Of a DNA stretch of 64,000 nt, positions 62,033-64,000 are shown piece after piece. Below the pieces are notes generated by a model that saw nothing but the letters and a program-made list of their open reading frames with translations, was not told where the DNA came from and did no database searches. How positions within the stretch are numbered: position 1 is the stretch's first letter; every line of letters begins with the position of its first letter. A program made the position numbers and the translations under genes. This stretch comes from Lingula anatina (taxonomy: Eukaryota; Animalia; Brachiopoda). The stretch lies in contig CM120642.1 in NCBI GenBank assembly GCA_051362555.1, positions 5,084,001-5,148,000 of the forward strand. Direction: 5' to 3'.

Positions 62033-63493
62033 GACCTTCACAATGAAATCGAGGAACTGCGTGAAGATTTGTTGCAGGCAGAGATTATCATAAAGACTCT
62101 GAGAGAAAAGTTAAGAAAACAGAAACATGGAACGCAACAACTCGTTGTCGCCTGGAAAACAAAGCTTCGAGATCTAGAACGCGAAACGAAGCAAAAAGAA
62201 CAAATGCGCGAAAAACAATTACAAAATATAACGTCCAGTCTTTATTATTTGGAAGGACAGCTAAGGAAAGAGAAAAAAGAAATTGAGCTTTTATTGCAAG
62301 AAAAGGATAGGACTATCGAAAACCAAAGGCAGACGATTGAAAAATTAAAGCAAGAATGCGACACGAACCAAACTGCTTTGCAATGGAAAGAAAGCCAGGG
62401 TAAATATAATAATAATGAGAGAGAGCGGGAAATATTTAGCCGACGTAAGGAAAATGATTCTCCTGCAATGAAAATTAGGCCAAGCTATGCAAGGGAAACA
62501 AGCTTGGAGAACAAAACTGAAAAGGCCAAGCTGCCGGGTTCTTCCACCAAAACACCCGTTCCTTTAAGTGGGAAAGATGTTAGCTGGCAGGCCACCGAGA
62601 TGCAGCAAAAAACAGCGATGTTCCAAGCAGCAGATCACGATTATTCACATCAAAATGTACGCGGAGATACCTGGTTGGAAAAACCGTACGATGAAAGACG
62701 CCAATATGGCCATTATGACCATTATCAGGAGACATTCCACCAAAATGTGGGCGTACAAAAAGAGAATCAGTCTCCAAAAGAATCAAAATACTTGAAGGAA
62801 CATCCTGCAAAAATTTCAAGAGAGAGTCCAAGATTTCAGATTCCTTCTTCTGAGAACACACGTGATCCTTCTGGCAAGAGACGGGGAGAAATTAAAGAGT
62901 GTTACACCACCAACAGAAGCAATGCCAAGCAATATGCGCGCAGCTCACAAGACATGAACTATCATTTAGCAAAAGATTATGGTCTGAACCTTGAACATCG
63001 CGATATCTCATCGCAGAGCTGCAGTTCCCCGAAGGTGCGGGTAAGCGAGAGTCCGACGTCTCCACCAAGTCCACATCCGCCCTGGGGTGCGGTGTCCGTT
63101 AATCCGGCGCCCAGTAATCCGATACCACGGAGAACGGTTTCTGGGACTTTTCCAGGGCTCGACCCACGGATGTCGCCTCTACAGGTCTACAACAGAGACG
63201 GTTCACCAAGGTGGTCTCATCAAAGTACCCAGTCTTCATCAGTCTATTACGATGACAATGATACCAGTAGCTCCTCAAATAGCAGTTACGAGAATGTGTT
63301 CTCGTCCCCTGGGGTCTATGACCCAGTGTATTCATGGAACGACCAGGACGGTGAGGAGGGAGAGAAAGAAGGAGCTGCGTGGAAGAGAAAAGCTGCGTCC
63401 TTGCCCGCGCACCCGACCGGAGCGTTAGAGAGAAAAGGGACACCTGCCCACAGAACAGCGTCTTGTTATTCACAGGGGTATGAGCAAAAATGA
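62033..63493 (+). CDS. Uncharacterised protein: N-terminal coiled coil followed by a long disordered Ser/Pro-rich region (about 496 aa with exon 1)
   Basis: 1.46-kb stop-free frame after a ttttccag acceptor; heptad-like DLHNEIEELREDLLQAE...IEKLKQEC. A possible donor gtatga at about 63478 means the gene may continue past the apparent stop. Confidence 0.85.
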   Translation, partial: DLHNEIEELREDLLQAEIIIKTLREKLRKQKHGTQQLVVAWKTKLRDLERETKQKEQMREKQLQNITSSLYYLEGQLRKEKKEIELLLQEKDRTIENQRQTIEKLKQECDTNQTALQWKESQGKYNNNEREREIFSRRKENDSPAMKIRPSYARETSLENKTEKAKLPGSSTKTPVPLSGKDVSWQATEMQQKTAMFQAADHDYSHQNVRGDTWLEKPYDERRQYGHYDHYQETFHQNVGVQKENQSPKESKYLKEHPAKISRESPRFQIPSSENTRDPSGKRRGEIKECYTTNRSNAKQYARSSQDMNYHLAKDYGLNLEHRDISSQSCSSPKVRVSESPTSPPSPHPPWGAVSVNPAPSNPIPRRTVSGTFPGLDPRMSPLQVYNRDGSPRWSHQSTQSSSVYYDDNDTSSSSNSSYENVFSSPGVYDPVYSWNDQDGEEGEKEGAAWKRKAASLPAHPTGALERKGTPAHRTASCYSQGYEQK

Positions 63494-63732
63494 ACTGTTC
63501 AGCATACCCGTTCTTCTATAAAATAATTAACAAGAAAATATACTGATAGAAGAAGGATCAACTGTAAATTGTCCAAAATGGTGGTTTGCATGAGAGAAAT
63601 TACCACAATCTACAAACGGTGCTGTACCCATATCTTCAGGGCTACTCTCTCGTTCCGCGTTTTAGTTGATCCCAAGGAAAGGTCACCTCACCTATTCGGT
63701 AGGCCAAGGAGTTGTATGCGACTAGTTGGGTA

Positions 63733-63903
63733 CCGGTGTAACGTGGCAGAGAGTCCCACATGAAAGAAAGTTTGCCTCTCATTCATTTGTACAGGTAGGC
63801 TTCGCTCTAGATTTTGACCCACTAAGGCCAGGCTAACCCTAACCATTATAACCAATGGAGGTAGGACTTTCTGTCACACGGACCCTCAGTTTCGTTAAAC
63901 CGG
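63733..63903. mobile_element. MITE with internal ctaaccctaacc (23211 family)
   Basis: Ends ccggtgtaac / gttaaaccgg, inner arms gcagagagtcc / ggactttctgt; second copy at 23211-23359. Confidence 0.8.
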
Positions 63904-64000
63904 CTGCACTCCTACTATGTGTACGGCCTCGTTCAAGACATTATTTAAAAACACACACAATGTACGTTAGATCAATCTACAGAAAAACAATTACTGGAAT

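Noticed and set aside
62568-63473. Nested alternative-frame and antisense ORFs within the last gene
   Set aside because: Expected shadows of a long, relatively GC-rich coding exon.

Overview
AT-rich, intron-containing animal genomic DNA, probably invertebrate (inferred from the MITE/HINE repeat types); not prokaryotic. Left third: a minus-strand tandem cluster of three MS4A/CD20-like four-TM genes with Pro/Gln/Gly/Tyr-rich N-tails. Copy A runs off the left edge, copy C looks intact, and copy B is a recent pseudogene (TAA at codon 10 plus a TTAA-flanked Kolobok-type insertion that splits its TM exon in frame). Copies A and B are a segmental duplication whose comparison exposes empty and filled transposon sites: an ISL2EU-like THAP element with an AT target duplication, two MITEs and a micro-inversion. 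Middle: a MITE-rich intergenic stretch with one orphan 101-aa ORF. Right: a head-to-head pair of POLE3/CHRAC17 (minus) and casein kinase 2 beta (plus) sharing a ~150-bp promoter. CK2-beta has a duplicated alternative last coding exon (47807-47912 vs 52637-52757, possibly a third at 55698), and its last intron carries a Helentron-associated (HINE-like) element. The window ends with a two-exon coiled-coil/disordered protein gene. No tRNA, rRNA or CRISPR seen. All calls were made by eye; no database searches were run.
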